DNA from: Oopsacas minuta
Lineage: Eukaryota; Animalia; Porifera
DNA: 64,000 nucleotides
Assembly: GCA_024704765.1 (NCBI GenBank)
Contig: JAKMXF010000355.1
Location: 68,459 to 132,458 of the forward strand
Direction: 5' to 3'
The translations under genes were made by a program, and so were the position numbers. Below the pieces are notes generated by a model. It did no database searches, was not told the origin of the DNA, and was given only the letters and a program-made list of their open reading frames with translations. Below, one piece after another: positions 1 to 13,309 of the stretch (position 1 is its first letter; every line of letters starts with the position of its first letter).

Positions 1-470
1 ATCGAAGAAATATGTAAAGCTTGGGGAATAGCTCCTTCGTAACATCCATCCAGAAATGGAGTAGTGTAAATATCAATTAAAATTTATGCTCCAAATACTA
101 TGAGCTTTTGTGTTGAGCCGAAGTGATTAGGAAGATAATCCTCCCTTACTTCTCCATGCTTACAGAACTTTTATCCATTCGTCCACTGGATTGTCTCCAT
201 ACCTTTTATATTATGTCGAGAACCTAATGCGTTATCTCCATATAACAATAACTAACAACTACTAATATGTATGCTGATACTCGTACATACAAGAACTAAT
301 TCGGAAGAAAAAAGCAGAGAAATTCGAAAGAAGCTATGATACTTAGATGATAATATTACCTGAGAAGCCAGGTGCGGGATGAGCTCAGAAGTAGAAAAGG
401 TTAGAGATTGTTACAGAGTTGATAGGGTATATTAACAAATATAAGGTATTCTATTCTAGAGATTAGAAGG
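1..470 (+). pseudogene. Degenerate Gypsy-type LTR-retrotransposon integrase, C-terminal part (runs off window start)
   Basis: Translation gives IEEICKAWGI...HP.RNG...LPLLLHAYRTFIHSSTGLSPY, matching the integrase-core end motif (W..LP..L.AYRT..HSSTG.SP); many stops and frameshifts. Confidence 0.7.
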
Positions 471-830
471 TAAATTGCCAGGGGTTTATCCAGGGATTCC
501 TCGGTCGGCAATTTACTTGAAGGGACTCCTTGGGATGGCACGTTTTAGGCGGATACATATTGATCCTGTACAAATTCCAGCCTCACGGTCGGAATTTTGT
601 GGCCTTCATAGATGCTGAACTGCCACTTTTAGGTGCCGGGACAAGTGATGGGGTAGGGGAAGTGGATTGAGGGTAATTGGAGGCAGGCGTAGGAGAAATG
701 CTGAATCCAGCAAGTGAAAATGAAAGTCTCGAAATATCCGACATAATGAAAGAGAATGAATAGGATACGAAAATAACCTGTAATTATAGTAAACGAAACT
801 TATACGATTAACAGATATCAGTAATGGATA

Positions 831-2153
831 TTAGGGCATTCAAGAAGTCTTGGGGGTAATGTTATATCTCAGGAATTAGTCAAATAACATATCTAAGTTC
901 CATATAAAATAAGCCCATATAGTTAAACTCCATATACTGAAAGTTTCAAGCTTATTCAATACAAAATATTATTTTTTGAGAGAATTACGCATAGTAAATT
1001 CGTACCTACTGTTCAATTTATGGCTTCAAAGGATGATAATTTCACCTGAAATAGCGAGCTGACATAGAGTTTCGCACAAAACTCAAGTTCCAGCCCGTAC
1101 CAATCTTCAGCGAGTTACAGGAGATATCGTGCGTAGATTGCCTTACAGATCTACTGTAGAGCTATGGGCTGTCGATTTTAGGTCTGGTGATGCTGATGTC
1201 ACAGATTTGCCTCGATCTGGAAGACCGGTATCCGCCACTAAATTCAGAGAATATCGCACTTATTTAAAGTGCGGTCATGGAAGACAAGTGCATCACTCTC
1301 AATCAGTTAGAAAAAAGTATGGAGATTTCATCGGGCTATTCATACAATTCTGATGACTGAGCTTGGCTACCGATCGATTTGTGGGAAATGGGTACCGCAT
1401 AAGCTCAGTGAGAATCAAAGGTTCGCACGACTGAATATTGCCAAGAAAATCATGGAAACGTATGAGAACTGCGATTCTAGACGCCTAACAGAGATTATTA
1501 CTGGTGACGAGACGTGGGTGTACTATTCAACACCATATAGCAGTATAAGAAGCGATCATGGGTGAGGGGTGACGAACAACCGGCGAAAATTCCTAGGCCC
1601 GACTTCAGAAAACCTAAGATTATATATACCATCTCTTCAATAGTCATGGAATTGTCTTGCAATTACCTTGTGAACGTGGCAAAGCTATTACTGCTACTTT
1701 CTTTAGAGAGCAAGTGCTTCCAAACTTGATAAAAAATAGAAAAGCACCGCACGAAAACCAGAAGTAGAGGAATGAAGATTGTAATTAGTAACGCCAGTTC
1801 TCATACAACTAGGCTAACCATAAATTTCTTGGATGTTGAAGGGTTAATATTTCTACCCCATCCACCATACTCACCAGACCTAGCTCCTTGTAATTTTTGG
1901 CTATTCCCCAAGCTTAAAACCTTAAAGGCTAAGATTTTAACACATTACAAGCACTCGGAACGGGCCTGTACCAGTACTACAAATCCATCCCCGAAGAAGA
2001 GTACAGAAATGTGTTTTGCAAGTGGGTGGAAGGGTTAAACTTTGTGTGTCTGCAGGAGGGGATTACTTTGAATGAATAATATAGTGAATTAGTGTGTATA
2101 GTGTTTGTGCGATGTTCTATTATATCACCCGCATGATTTATTGAACGCCCTAG
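831..2153 (+). mobile_element. mariner (DD34D-type) element, full length 1323 bp, transposase inactivated
   Basis: Left end TA|ttagggcattcaagaagtcttgggggtaat versus reverse complement of right end TA|ctagggcgttcaataaatcatgcgggtgat; TA at 829-830 and 2154-2155. Broken ORFs at 1129-2090 carry WVPH, IITGDETWVY and HPPYSPDLAPCNFWLFPKLK. Confidence 0.93.
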
Positions 2154-4289
2154 TAATGCCTAAGAGTACAAAATATTGGAATATAAGTAATTACCATAAA
2201 TGTTGATGTTGCCATAGGAATGTAATATACTGAGTTAGTGAAAATAGGATATCAAAAGGAATTATGACTGGAACATTTCCTTATCAAATTCCCTGACCAA
2301 AAATTTGCAGAAATGGTATATTTTGTAGATAATATGTCAACAAATAGCTGAAAGGTTTCTTTTAGCAATTTCTATATCTACAAATTACAGATAAGTTTTT
2401 ATTAGCAAATTTATATCAAGAATATTTGATTCATTATATTTATTTTATGTCAAAGTAACGTTGATATCAAGTTTCTACGCAGATATTGAATCTTTAGTAA
2501 TTTGATTACGGTACTTTAACATTCATAAATTCTGCCGCAAATGTCAAAATGTTTTAGATAAAACATAGTTTACCGAGGTTCAAATACACAATAAACCCTT
2601 CGATAATTTTCAGTTCTCAATAATGAACTGTGTGGGCTATAGGGCTATATGGAATACTAAACAAATAACACCGCTTGAGACAACAGTATATTTGATCACT
2701 GTACTATATCCTAACAGCCAATACACGAGATTGACGTTTCTTTATTCCTAATCAATGTGTAGTTTGATGCCGTCAACAATCAACAAATTTTCAAATTATT
2801 ATAGCGGAAGCTATAGTTTCACGTTAAAAATGTATATGGTAGGTAGGTAGGTAGGTATCTATGTATGTATGCATTCATGTGTAGGCCCTATATATTTAAA
2901 TTCCCTGAGAGCTCGCTCCTCAGGACCTGACATGTTCTCTTTTGCTAATTAGTGATAAAATTCATTATCTTTATCAGGGGGAATGGATATTCATCCCATT
3001 AAAGTTGCCAAAAAGCGTAAGCTTAACAACGATGATCTCTCACAGTCCATATTAACAATTTCAGGTTCAACAGGATCTGGATCAGTAGAAATATCCACAG
3101 AAGACATCAAGGAGAATACATCTCAATAACATAATATATGTAAGTAATTTCTGTGAATAGTGCTCGCAGAAGCCCAGAATGATGTGAAATACAACGCGCC
3201 CTTGAATATAGTGCGCAGATTGAGAACGGTGCGTAGTATTCAAGGAAATGCGCTATTTTGGGTATTTATTGCACTAGTCGAATGCGGCTATGGTTCTAGG
3301 TGTCTAGTACCTATATGGTATGTAAAATTTATAACAACCGGTGTCTACTATTAATAATATTCCCCCGGCATCAGTCACAAAGGAATGTAGTCCCCGTACA
3401 ACAATTAGTAGGTAAAAGAAGAGTTAAATATAGTTCAATCTGGTTTACATCTGATTTTATAGGCTCTTTCGTTATTCTATCGATTATTGTCGATCTATTA
3501 CGAGTGCAGTTGATCACAACATCTACAGAGTCAGTAGAACAGAAGGACCTATAAGATATGATAATTTCTAGCAGATGGCCTTTTAATTTGAATTTTAAGT
3601 CGCGGAAGGGAATATATATCTGCCACCACAAACATTGGTACTCTGTTCGTCCCCAATAATCACGGACCTTACCTAAACGATATGAATCAATATTTATAGT
3701 GTATGAGAGAATGTTTATTATTGTTTCTAGTCATTAATAATACAACAAAGTAATATCCTGAAAACTATACATTTATAAAACCAGTAGACTTTTGTGTAGT
3801 CAGCGTTGAGATTTTCGAGTACCAATATTGCGACACTCGAAGTCTTCATTAGAGATGAGGTCTAATAAATGTTCCTCATGTGAATGTTCTAGAAATAGTA
3901 CATATATTAGGACAGGCAACAGATCTCTAAATTCGAACATTATATTTGCTTACAAATCCTTTGAAATCTTGGCTGCCAATGATGGATAGTTCGCCTCTCC
4001 AAGTAAAATGAGGCCAAATGATTCCCCGTAACGGATATGAACCGCTTGAGAGTATTCTTAGAATAGCTTTGCCTTCACAATGGTCATTTTCGGCATCTTT
4101 GATAAAGGTAATTTCTACAAAGGTATCCGTTCGGGAAGATAATAAATTTATCACTAATTCGCAAAAAAGCGAACATGTTTGAAATATAGTAAATATGTAT
4201 ATAAATCCAGATGATTTCGTTCACGATAAATTAATAAATAAACAAATATTTACAATTCCAAAAATATATATTTACAATTTATTAGGTCT

Positions 4290-4950
4290 ACAAGAACCAT
4301 AGCAGCGTGCGCTCAAGTTCTAAGGAGCGTGCTCTCAAGGAATTCTAATACCTCGTAGGTCCAGGATTGATTGAAGAAACTGGAAGACCCCCAGTACTGA
4401 TTCTTGGCATACATGAGTATTTTTGGACCTGGCTCGGACAACTCGAGTCTTGGACGAAAATTCACGGCTATGACGAATTATAATGTCATTGTTACCTTTT
4501 GGATTTTCGGATTATCACATTTTTAACTACTGCTCAGACAATATACATGATAGAAGTTTGAAAATTCAATCACAGGTACCCCTTAATGTGACAAATTACC
4601 TGAGGAAGATTCTGGCTAATAATTAGTTCATCATGGGATTATTACGTCATCATGACTTCCAAAAATTCAGAATTTCTTAATACCGATGCAAGAAGTGCCG
4701 AGATTACTAACCAAAAGCCACGGAGCAGCTCCAGCATTACCACAAAAGGCCATTAAATGGAATTTGGATGGTCCATGGATAATACATAGTAAAAATTTCC
4801 GCAAAATATTATGCTCTATGTACTTAGTGACGAGTATAAGACCCGGTCACATAGCTACCCAAACCTCAAGGAAATTTAGCTAATAAATACTTAGGCTAAC
4901 CTTAGGCATTAAGCTGTCTGGCAGCGACCTAGCAAGCTAACCGCGCTAGT
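4290..4950 (+). repeat. Copy of a dispersed non-coding repeat family ending GCGCTAG|T (possible non-autonomous Helitron-like)
   Basis: Segment 4370-4530 recurs at 35690-35800 and 54400-54553; segment 4670-4950 recurs inverted at 46244-46460; the shared 3' end gcgacc.agcaagc...gcgctagt is also at 36443-36469. The superfamily call is inference. Confidence 0.55.
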
Positions 4951-5374
4951 GTCACTAAACCCATAATATAGCCATATAATTATATTGCATGTTAAGGGCC
5001 GTATTGCATGGATACTTCTGGAATATACTAATCCCAGAACATGGCCATATATCGTATATCGTATAATAGGGAAGCAAATTGAATTGATAAAAATTAAAGC
5101 TATACCGGATGTCCGGTTCTAATCCGGTATCCGGCCATTTTCTGGATATCCGGATCCGACCGGATATGAAGCAATATCAGGTCGGATATTTATAAGTAAT
5201 TAACGATAATGGAATATGAGTAATTAGAGCACTTGAGCACACAACTAATATTTGTACTTCAATAATGATAGGTTCTTTCGAATGAATATTAATCGCTACC
5301 CATTTTCTGAGAGAAGAGCGCTGTTGCGTAGGATTTTGACCCGCAATACAAAATCCTAATAGCATATCCATGGT

Positions 5375-5535
5375 GCGGGTCAAAATCCTACGATGCAATA
5401 TATGCGTAGGATTTTGACTCGCATCAAAATGTATTACACTAATTACAGCCGTAGGATTTTGACCCGCATATAATGTATTATTGTCGTAGGATTCTGACCC
5501 GCATATAATGTATTATTGTCATACGATTTTGACAC
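5375..5535. repeat. Subterminal repeats of the Ginger TIR core (CGTAGGATTTTGACCCGCA)
   Basis: One inverted copy at about 5374-5392 and four direct, partly diverged copies up to about 5535; the last three are in near-tandem units of about 35 bp. Confidence 0.85.
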
Positions 5536-6720
5536 TAAAGTAATCTTACTTCTCTTTCATTTGACTTTTTCGAATTCCATACACTTTCATTACGTAATTA
5601 CCATTAAATGTACGTAATGTAATTCAACTTTAGTCTAGCTATACTTATACGTAACTGAATAAACAAGTCAATTTAGAGTTGGATTCTAGAAAGTAGTGAA
5701 TTTGTTTGATAATATGTAAACTATGTTCCCACTACATATTACAAATTTACAATATGTATAATTATCCAAAATGCCAAAAATGGACAGTATACGTATATAA
5801 ATATTTTATATTAATATTACTTGGACAGGAGGTGGTAGGTATTTGATAATTGTGTTTAGTAACTCATAATAAATAATATAATTTAACATGTCAATCTATA
5901 TATTGCAGTATATTCTATCAAATAACAAAAATTTTACAAGCATTAGCATGATAATGAATATTCGGAATATCTTAAGTAGGAATTGTAGGCGATTTCATCT
6001 TTATCCATTCTCTATACTTCCTAACAAGCTTTAAGGAATATACCACTGAAATATGTTCATCTATTGGACAAGCATAGATTATGCATTTGTTACGGGAGTC
6101 TTGGTATAATGTTGATACACATATAGAGTTGGGGTGAAAACCGCGAGCCTCTGGCACGCTGCATACTCCTGGAAAACACTAGATTTCTATAAACAAAACA
6201 AGTCAGCTGCGGTGGCCTCCTCCTTCCCCTTACAGCCACCCCCTAACGCTAAACGTCTAACGTTAACCTCACCTTGTTTATTTATGCAGTGTTGGAGCGA
6301 GTTTGATGTGATTGCGATCACACCAAATTCGATTCTAAGCTGCAACATAAACGAATACGTACAATAAATCGTAATTTAACAGACACGCGAGGAGCTAACG
6401 GACCACGAACGGCCACAGACAAGGAGACATTAAAAAATAAAAAATAGATAAGAAACTCGCTTGTATCTGATTCCATACTGTATTTCGTCTCGGTGTAGAC
6501 TCGTCAGTTGCGCTGCCTTTCTCGCAATATACTTAGATGGTAGAGTGATGATATTCGCCACTGGGGATGTGCTGTTGCAGGTCGCGTTTCCATTATCTGG
6601 GCTCACCATGATAGGGATTGCGTTGCCTGAATAACTTCGGGCAGAGGTCCCCACAAGGTTCGATGTACCTTGCCTTTGAGCGCTTTCGAATGATGGAAAA
6701 GAGTCGTGAATCGCTAAGAA

Positions 6721-9700
6721 TTAGTCAGAAGAGTGCAAGAGGTAGAATACAGTATTGAGTGATCCGATGAAAGTGTCACAGTCCCAAAGTTGGATAATTG
6801 GTTCTCTCATTCCGTCATATTTATAGAATTGCCCGTTTTGGTAAAGGATTGAATAGAAGTGTCTATTACTCAATATGCTAAAGCCAGCAAGTTGGTAGTG
6901 AAGTGTCCGTTGGTTGTGACTGATGGTAAAGTGTTTGTCAATATCACTTGCAAAAATGTCTGGCAATTCGGGTAGATGTCCGATTTCAATTGTTAGCATG
7001 ACAGGTATTGACTTGAATTGACCAGATATCCTCTCTAAGACAGCAGTAGTTGATCCACAAGACTTGCATTTAATAGGAACGAGACTTCGATTAACAGATG
7101 ATTCCAGGTTTGTAATAACGCCTTCTATATTACTAATCATGAATTGTGTCTCAAAGATATTGGTGCATTGGTGGCATTGGAAGATAGTGATATATTTGTC
7201 GTTGCACAAATCTTCTGTTCGTAAATATTTGATGATGTTACCCTCTGATCCAAAGAAATCATAAGACCGTATCAATCCTGAGGAATCATAAATAACTTCA
7301 AGCCCAATTTTAGTAGCAACATATTCTCGAAGTTTCTCAAATTCACAATTAGCAGCAAATTGGAATATGTAGTGGAATTCAGCTTCAATGTGTGTACTTC
7401 CGATTAACTTCAGTGATTCTATGATGGTTGCTTTATTCGAACTAAGAATAGCCAATATATTGTCGATAGAACAGGTGTTAGATTGCACGATGTTGTTATA
7501 CTCTCCTCCCCATTTAGGATATGGGATAAGATCTGATGCATTTTGTATAGATTGTTCTGGTATTTCAATGATCTCATGAACTTGTTCAGTTGGGAATATT
7601 AACTCAATTATTACTGGTAATAGAACAGCAATTGGATAGTCAAGATCTCTTCGTGTCTCTTCAGGTATTTCAGTAGGATAGGAGGAACGATGTCCTGCGT
7701 ACCAATTACCGGCTGATACAGCAAGTTTCTCCTTAACCTCAAAATTTAGTTCGTTGGGTGGATGGTAAGAATATAGTAAATTCAATGAAGTTAGAGATGC
7801 AGCTTTTGTAGCGAGTTTCTCATGTAGTTGGGTTAAGTAGGTGTTATTGACAAGGGCTGATAGTATTCGAGGTTTCAATTGAAGTAGCTCCGAGTCGATA
7901 TTTTCATAGATTGAGTGTTGTTGCAGTGTTTCAAATGTTTCTTCCATGGTATCCAGGTTCAATATATCATCCAAAGAATCTAAATACATAATAAATATGT
8001 GAAATGTAGGATTGCTATTACGTAATAATCGAATCAATACAGATCACAATTAGTTTTATATGTACGTAATCATGGGCTGAGTCAATTAGTTATAGTTCAG
8101 TACAATATTGTCTCGCTAATAAATTTACTGCTAGGAGGGAATGTGAGAGATCTTTTGGATTTCTTTGATTTGTCTGTCTTCGTTCGAACCTGCCTTTTTT
8201 CGTTCATGCGAGAATGATATTTTCGTCATAGATTGATGGGTAATTGTTGTTGTTTTGCTATCTGGGTCTTTGCGAGCAACTAGGTGGCTTGGTTTAACTT
8301 TCTCTATCGTATAAGGTCCCAAATATTTCCTTACATCTTTTGTTCCTGGGAGTCGCTTGGCTTTCTTTATATTATGTACAAGTACTTCATCTCCTTCCAC
8401 AAATTCTGATCTAAAGTTAAAACAATGATTATACAAGAATTATAATCTGCCAATTACGTACAGTTTGTAATGATGCTAATTTTAAATCTAAAAGTAAGTG
8501 TTTTGGAATTTAAGAATTCACATAATTGAGGAAACAATAAATTAGTTCCGATTCAAGATTATTTCATATTTATCTGAATATACAACAGTCAGTGAATCTA
8601 ATTTAATTTTAGTAAGAGATGATGTATGAAATTCCAACATGCTACATCACAACAAGAATGTGTTTCGTTATTTCTTACCTGTTGTGTTTAACTTTGCTGT
8701 CATATGTTTTCTTTTGAACTTTCTGACCAGCCTTGATGTTTTCAATAGCAGTCATCCTGTCAGCTTTACGTGTGGAAGAAAGATTTTCTATCCATTCGTT
8801 ATCAATTATAGGAAAGTCAAATGGGCGTGGTTCGTTTGCATCCATTTGAATATTCTCATCTTCTGATACTTCTGCCTCTGAGATATCAGCTTCGGTTAGT
8901 AATCCGGGGTTAGTTGGAGAAGTGATAAGATTGAGAAGGTTAGATGAATCAAAGTCTCTCCCAAACATGAGATAGAAGGGTGTGTAGCTTGTAGAGATTT
9001 TGGTTTGAGTATTTGCTGCTAGTACTGCTGTCTGTAATTTCTCTGTCCATTCAGTGTCCCCATCAGATTGCATCTTGTTGATTTTTCTATTTGTAAAAAG
9101 TTTAAATTGATTCAAAGCTATCTAATTATAAACGACGTGTATTAAACGTATGTAAGGCTTAGAATAGATATATATCCATAATTAGCATCAATACTCACGT
9201 TTTCAATATTTTGTTGTGTGACTCAACAAGTTCGTTACTTTGTGGGTGGTATGCTGTAGTTCTTCTGGTGTTGATATTTATCTTCTTGTGAAATTCTTGA
9301 AAATTCCTATTTTGAAAGTAAATAAGAGAATGATAACAATATACTACGCGCATGTATTTAGTCTTGTACAACAATAGTTAGAAAGATAAAACGATTAATA
9401 AGGTAAATTTTCCACCAGAAGTTAGTAGCATTAATTCCTAAATTCTTATTTATTAGTATTTAACATAAATTAAAATCCAATTTTCCACACGGTTTCTTAA
9501 ATATGGCCATCAGGACGCATAATTTCCTACCAGGGTATATATTGAAGCAATGCGTTGACAATTGACAATGCAACTTGTTACGTACATATATCCAATATAG
9601 TAAGTTGTATTGTGTATCGGGAATAATTTACTTGGTGTATTTACAATTACTAATCTCGAGTATGTAAAAATATGAGTTACCTTGCTTGAGAATTCTGTTC

Positions 9701-11036
9701 CCTGATCATGTTGGAGGATGTTAGGCACACCGAATGAGAGATAAATTTCCTGTAAACAATCCAATATTTCTTTAGATGTTTTAGTCTTGGGTGGTCGGGC
9801 AATTACAAATTTACTCAGGTAGCACACGATGACAAGAATGTGCTGAAATCCAAGTACAGTGCGAGACATATTGCATATGAGATCAATTCCACAATGACAC
9901 CATGGTTCTTCAGGAGGAGGAATAGGTTGAAGCTCTCGTTGTGGCTGAGGAGGTAGAGCAGCAGAGGTTTGACAGTCATGGCAAGTTCGGATCTAGAACA
10001 GGAAATGATTTAATTGTCAGTTTGTAGTCCAGTCTAATGTAATTTGCTTCGTCCCAGATGTCCCACTAAATTAGCATTCCGTCCCGCTTTTTCTTCACTC
10101 AGGTTGGCAAAAATATGTTTATGTGAAATACTCCCACTACTTATCCCAATTAATAACTACCGCAAGGATAACTAGTTGTTAGATACATGGTTGGTTGGTT
10201 GTACCACACAAATAGATTTCCATATGACAAAATTGTATACCGGTATGCTAAATATCATCAAATCGCACAATTTTAATTTTACAATCGCATAAATAAAGCT
10301 GTATACAATAGAATAATTACAAGGTGAATGACCTCAAACTATAAACTACATGCTGTTCTCAGACTTACCAACCCCTTTTGCAAATTTCCCTGGATTTTCA
10401 AAATTTGTAATCCAGGGATCCCTGGAGGGTTGGTAAGTCTGTGTTCTCAGCCACATTTTCTTCGAAAATCATATATGAAAGAAATACGTAATTTAGTAAC
10501 TCACGTAGGATCCAACATCATTGTATATGCCATTCCAATCATATTTGTTTCGGAGTCCATCAATTGGTAGTGTTGATTCCAGGATGAGTGACATTGTGAT
10601 AGAATCCGATAATGTTGTCAATTTCTGAGACTAGTGGAATCTCCAAGTGTTCCACACAGCCATTTTCTTTCTGAAAATCTACAAGAAATTATTTTAGTTA
10701 AATTCAGAGGTTGCATGTAGCATTGAGGGGCAGAGGAGCCCCCCTAGCGTTTTCGCCCTTCTCATCTCTCTCTGCTACGCAAATTTAATGAGACAACTAC
10801 ATATCTGGCTCCTCGCAGATATGTAGTTGCCTCAAGATTTCTAATTATGTCCCGGAAATATGTATATATCAAAAATATCATTCAGGAATATACCTTCATT
10901 AGCTTATTCACTTGAAAGTAAACCCTCTTGCACTTCTGACAAAATTCTTCTTTCTGTGGCGATCACTCTTGATTTCTGGTGGGATAATATTCGCCTGGAG
11001 GTATCCACGAATTACTTCATACTCTGTCGCATCCAT
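6721..11036 (-). pseudogene. Seven-exon Ginger integrase gene with C-terminal USP-like protease domain; about 4 frameshifts and a stop
   Basis: Exons 11036-10894, 10670-10505, 9992-9681, 9306-9199, 9086-8679, 8410-8129 and 7979-6721, all bounded by GT..AG. Motifs: H..THPGINTT and CHDCQ (HHCC zinc finger split by an intron), GIDL, HDQGTEF, TTAYHPQSNELVE (DDE), TPFYLMFGR, YLGPY (GPY/F). The last exon has NTC, CHQC/CKSC, RHF, YDG. Confidence 0.82.
10360..10441. mobile_element. 82-bp MITE with 6-bp TSD inside Ginger intron 2
   Basis: TIR CAGACTTACCAACCC / GGGTTGGTAAGTCTG; TGTTCT on both sides (10354-10359, 10442-10447). Confidence 0.85.
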
Positions 11037-13166
11037 AATGAAAAATGTCAAAAATAAAAACAAGTGTTGATGTTGAAATCTAGAAACAAAGTAAAATGTT
11101 AGTGTGTGTATTTAGGAAGTCACACATGTATAAATACGATTACTATGTGACTAGGGATAAAATATTAATATTACTTGATTTGCAATTGCTACTTTCGGGT
11201 CAAAATCCTACGCAACAGCCCTGATGTTTACTCTAATCATGTTTGACCTGGTCAGCTAAAATTAAGCTCGCACGACACTGGTACTATCCTGGAATTATAG
11301 AATTCTATTGATATATTTTATGCCATCATTATTATTACCATTGTGGAGTGAATAATATTTATGTACAATCAATACACAAGGTAATGTTTTAACAGACAGC
11401 AACGCTAGTTTTGAAAATTGGTTTAGGGTAGTTATGTTCAGCATCTTACTTCTAAAACAAGAATGAGAATAGCTGATTCCTTTAGGTCAATTTATGTAAA
11501 TATGAGTGAGGATAGGATTGCTGCATTAAATTTGCTTTTATGCAATTTGCAACAAAATATGTAAAAAGAAAAGAATAATGCAAGTGGAAAATGAAGAAAA
11601 TTGTAAGGAGGAATAGTCTAATAGGAAAAAGACCAAACCTAGCTATATATAACCTTCTGATATAAATATTACAGGGTAAATACACAGAAGAAGTTTAAAT
11701 ATTAGTTTACCAAGTAAGGGAGTATAAAAATTACTGATTTACACCTTATTGAGTTGGGTGAACTAGATTATATTTTTCCTAAATTCCAACCCATTACTTA
11801 TAAGGGAAGAAAAGTTATTTGTAAAGGTTAACATTAATTTAGTATAATTCTCTTGTTTCTTCTGGAAATAAAGTACCACGAACTTCAAATTACTCTAATA
11901 CTATCCTTCTAAAATGTTACATATTTCTGGAGAGGGTAATTGTGTATTTCTATACTAGCATTTTGGATGACAAGAAATACAGATATTTTCCAAAATTCGA
12001 TCACTAAATACTGAAAATATGGTTGAAGAGTTGAAAGAACATTGTAATAACTTTACCGTAAACAAATTTCTAAGATCAGTAAGTAATTACAGAAACGTTA
12101 ATGACTATATTATCAAAACGAATATGGACAGGAACACAACTTGGGGAACTGATGTAGAAGTATTGGTACAATTATAGAATGTTACACTCCCAAAGTTTTG
12201 GAAGATGGTAAAAATCGCTATATGAGCCGTTATAGAGCATGTTGAGAGATGAAGATTGAGCTAGAGATTTCTAAAATCGGTCAAGAAACAAAAAAGTTAC
12301 AGCAATTCTAGTTTATAAGCCAAAGTCGAGGGGGGAAATTGCAACTTCATTGAAGCCAAATATATTACAATAATAGTGTTGCAAGTAGCATAGTAGTGTG
12401 CGTACAATACTACAACATACCTAATTAGCATTCCAATGTTTAAGTAATTTATGTTACCTATTAATCATTCTCTTAAATCTCCAAGTAAATAGACATATTT
12501 AGTAAACATACAATCTGCAATAATGATATTCAGGTAATTAACTACATATGAAGAGATTATTAAGTAACTACTTGAAATTTAAATGGAGACGGTTGTTAGT
12601 TCTATTCCTCGGGTACCACATCTTCTAATAATCTCCAGCGATTCTTTTTCGTTTGATTAATGTAAAGCCCAATATACACAATCAATTATGTTGTACCGTG
12701 TATTATGGGATGGTATACACAAAATTGTTGCATCGTGTGTATTGATCGTCGCATGCAAAAATCTTGCACATAAATATTGTTGCATGCATATGAGGCTTAA
12801 AACAAAGCTTTCAATGAAATATTTAGAAATTTATTATATCATACTATAACACAGGACACCTTTTACACTTGCATGAAACTTCTATTGCAACCGATTTGTC
12901 CGAAACTTTATTTCATGGTATGCATATTTTTTGGTTGTTTGTCTGGAATTGATTGAGGAACTTATAAGAACTAATGACTTTATTTTGCATGGGGTTGTGG
13001 GATACTCTATCTAGCAACTTTTGGGATAACTAATGCAAGAGTTTCTTTGTGAATCAATTCAAATTGTATTAGTAAAATAAAGTATTGGGTTCACTGACTA
13101 AGGCAGAAAATTCGAGCAAAGTTCCCATATTAAGGAAACTGGAATAAGGACGAAAATTATTGATTA

Positions 13167-13309
13167 CTCCAGTAACAAGCAGCCTTATAACAAAGTCCGT
13201 TAAAGCCTCTGCGTCTTACAGTTCAGGGAGCTGCTTGTTACTTGAACCCCTGAACTGTAGGACAAGGAGGCTTTCACGTACTTGGTTATACGGCTGTTTG
13301 CTATTAGAG
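13167..13309. mobile_element. 143-bp foldback MITE inside Merlin
   Basis: Imperfect palindrome ctccagtaacaagcagcc...ggctgtttgctattagag flanked by TA on both sides. Confidence 0.6.

Larger units (their letters stand above)
5322..11217 (-). mobile_element. Ginger-type DNA transposon (Gypsy-integrase-related), 5896 bp
   Basis: Perfect 22-bp TIRs TGTTGCGTAGGATTTTGACCCG (5322-5343) and CGGGTCAAAATCCTACGCAACA (11196-11217), giving TGT...ACA termini. Flanking 4-mers GCGC/GCCC match 3/4. Contains a spliced integrase gene; no RT, RNase H or LTRs seen. Confidence 0.88.

Noticed and set aside
2985-3130. Short ORF MDIHPIKVAKKRKLNNDD...ENTSQ* with an NLS-like KKRK
   Set aside because: 48 codons with no domain and no linkable exons; cannot be supported as a gene.
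3350-4154. Minus-strand ORF fragments with splice-like sites
   Set aside because: No recognisable motif and no consistent exon chain.
5375-5535. CRISPR-like appearance of short regularly spaced repeats (also 26740-26955 and 29690-29790)
   Set aside because: The spacers are repeated or irregular rather than unique, there are no cas genes, the context is eukaryotic, and the arrays lie inside transposon ends.
5322-11217. Reading the integrase exons as a Gypsy LTR retrotransposon
   Set aside because: No gag, RT, RNase H or LTRs; spliceosomal introns and terminal inverted repeats fit Ginger.
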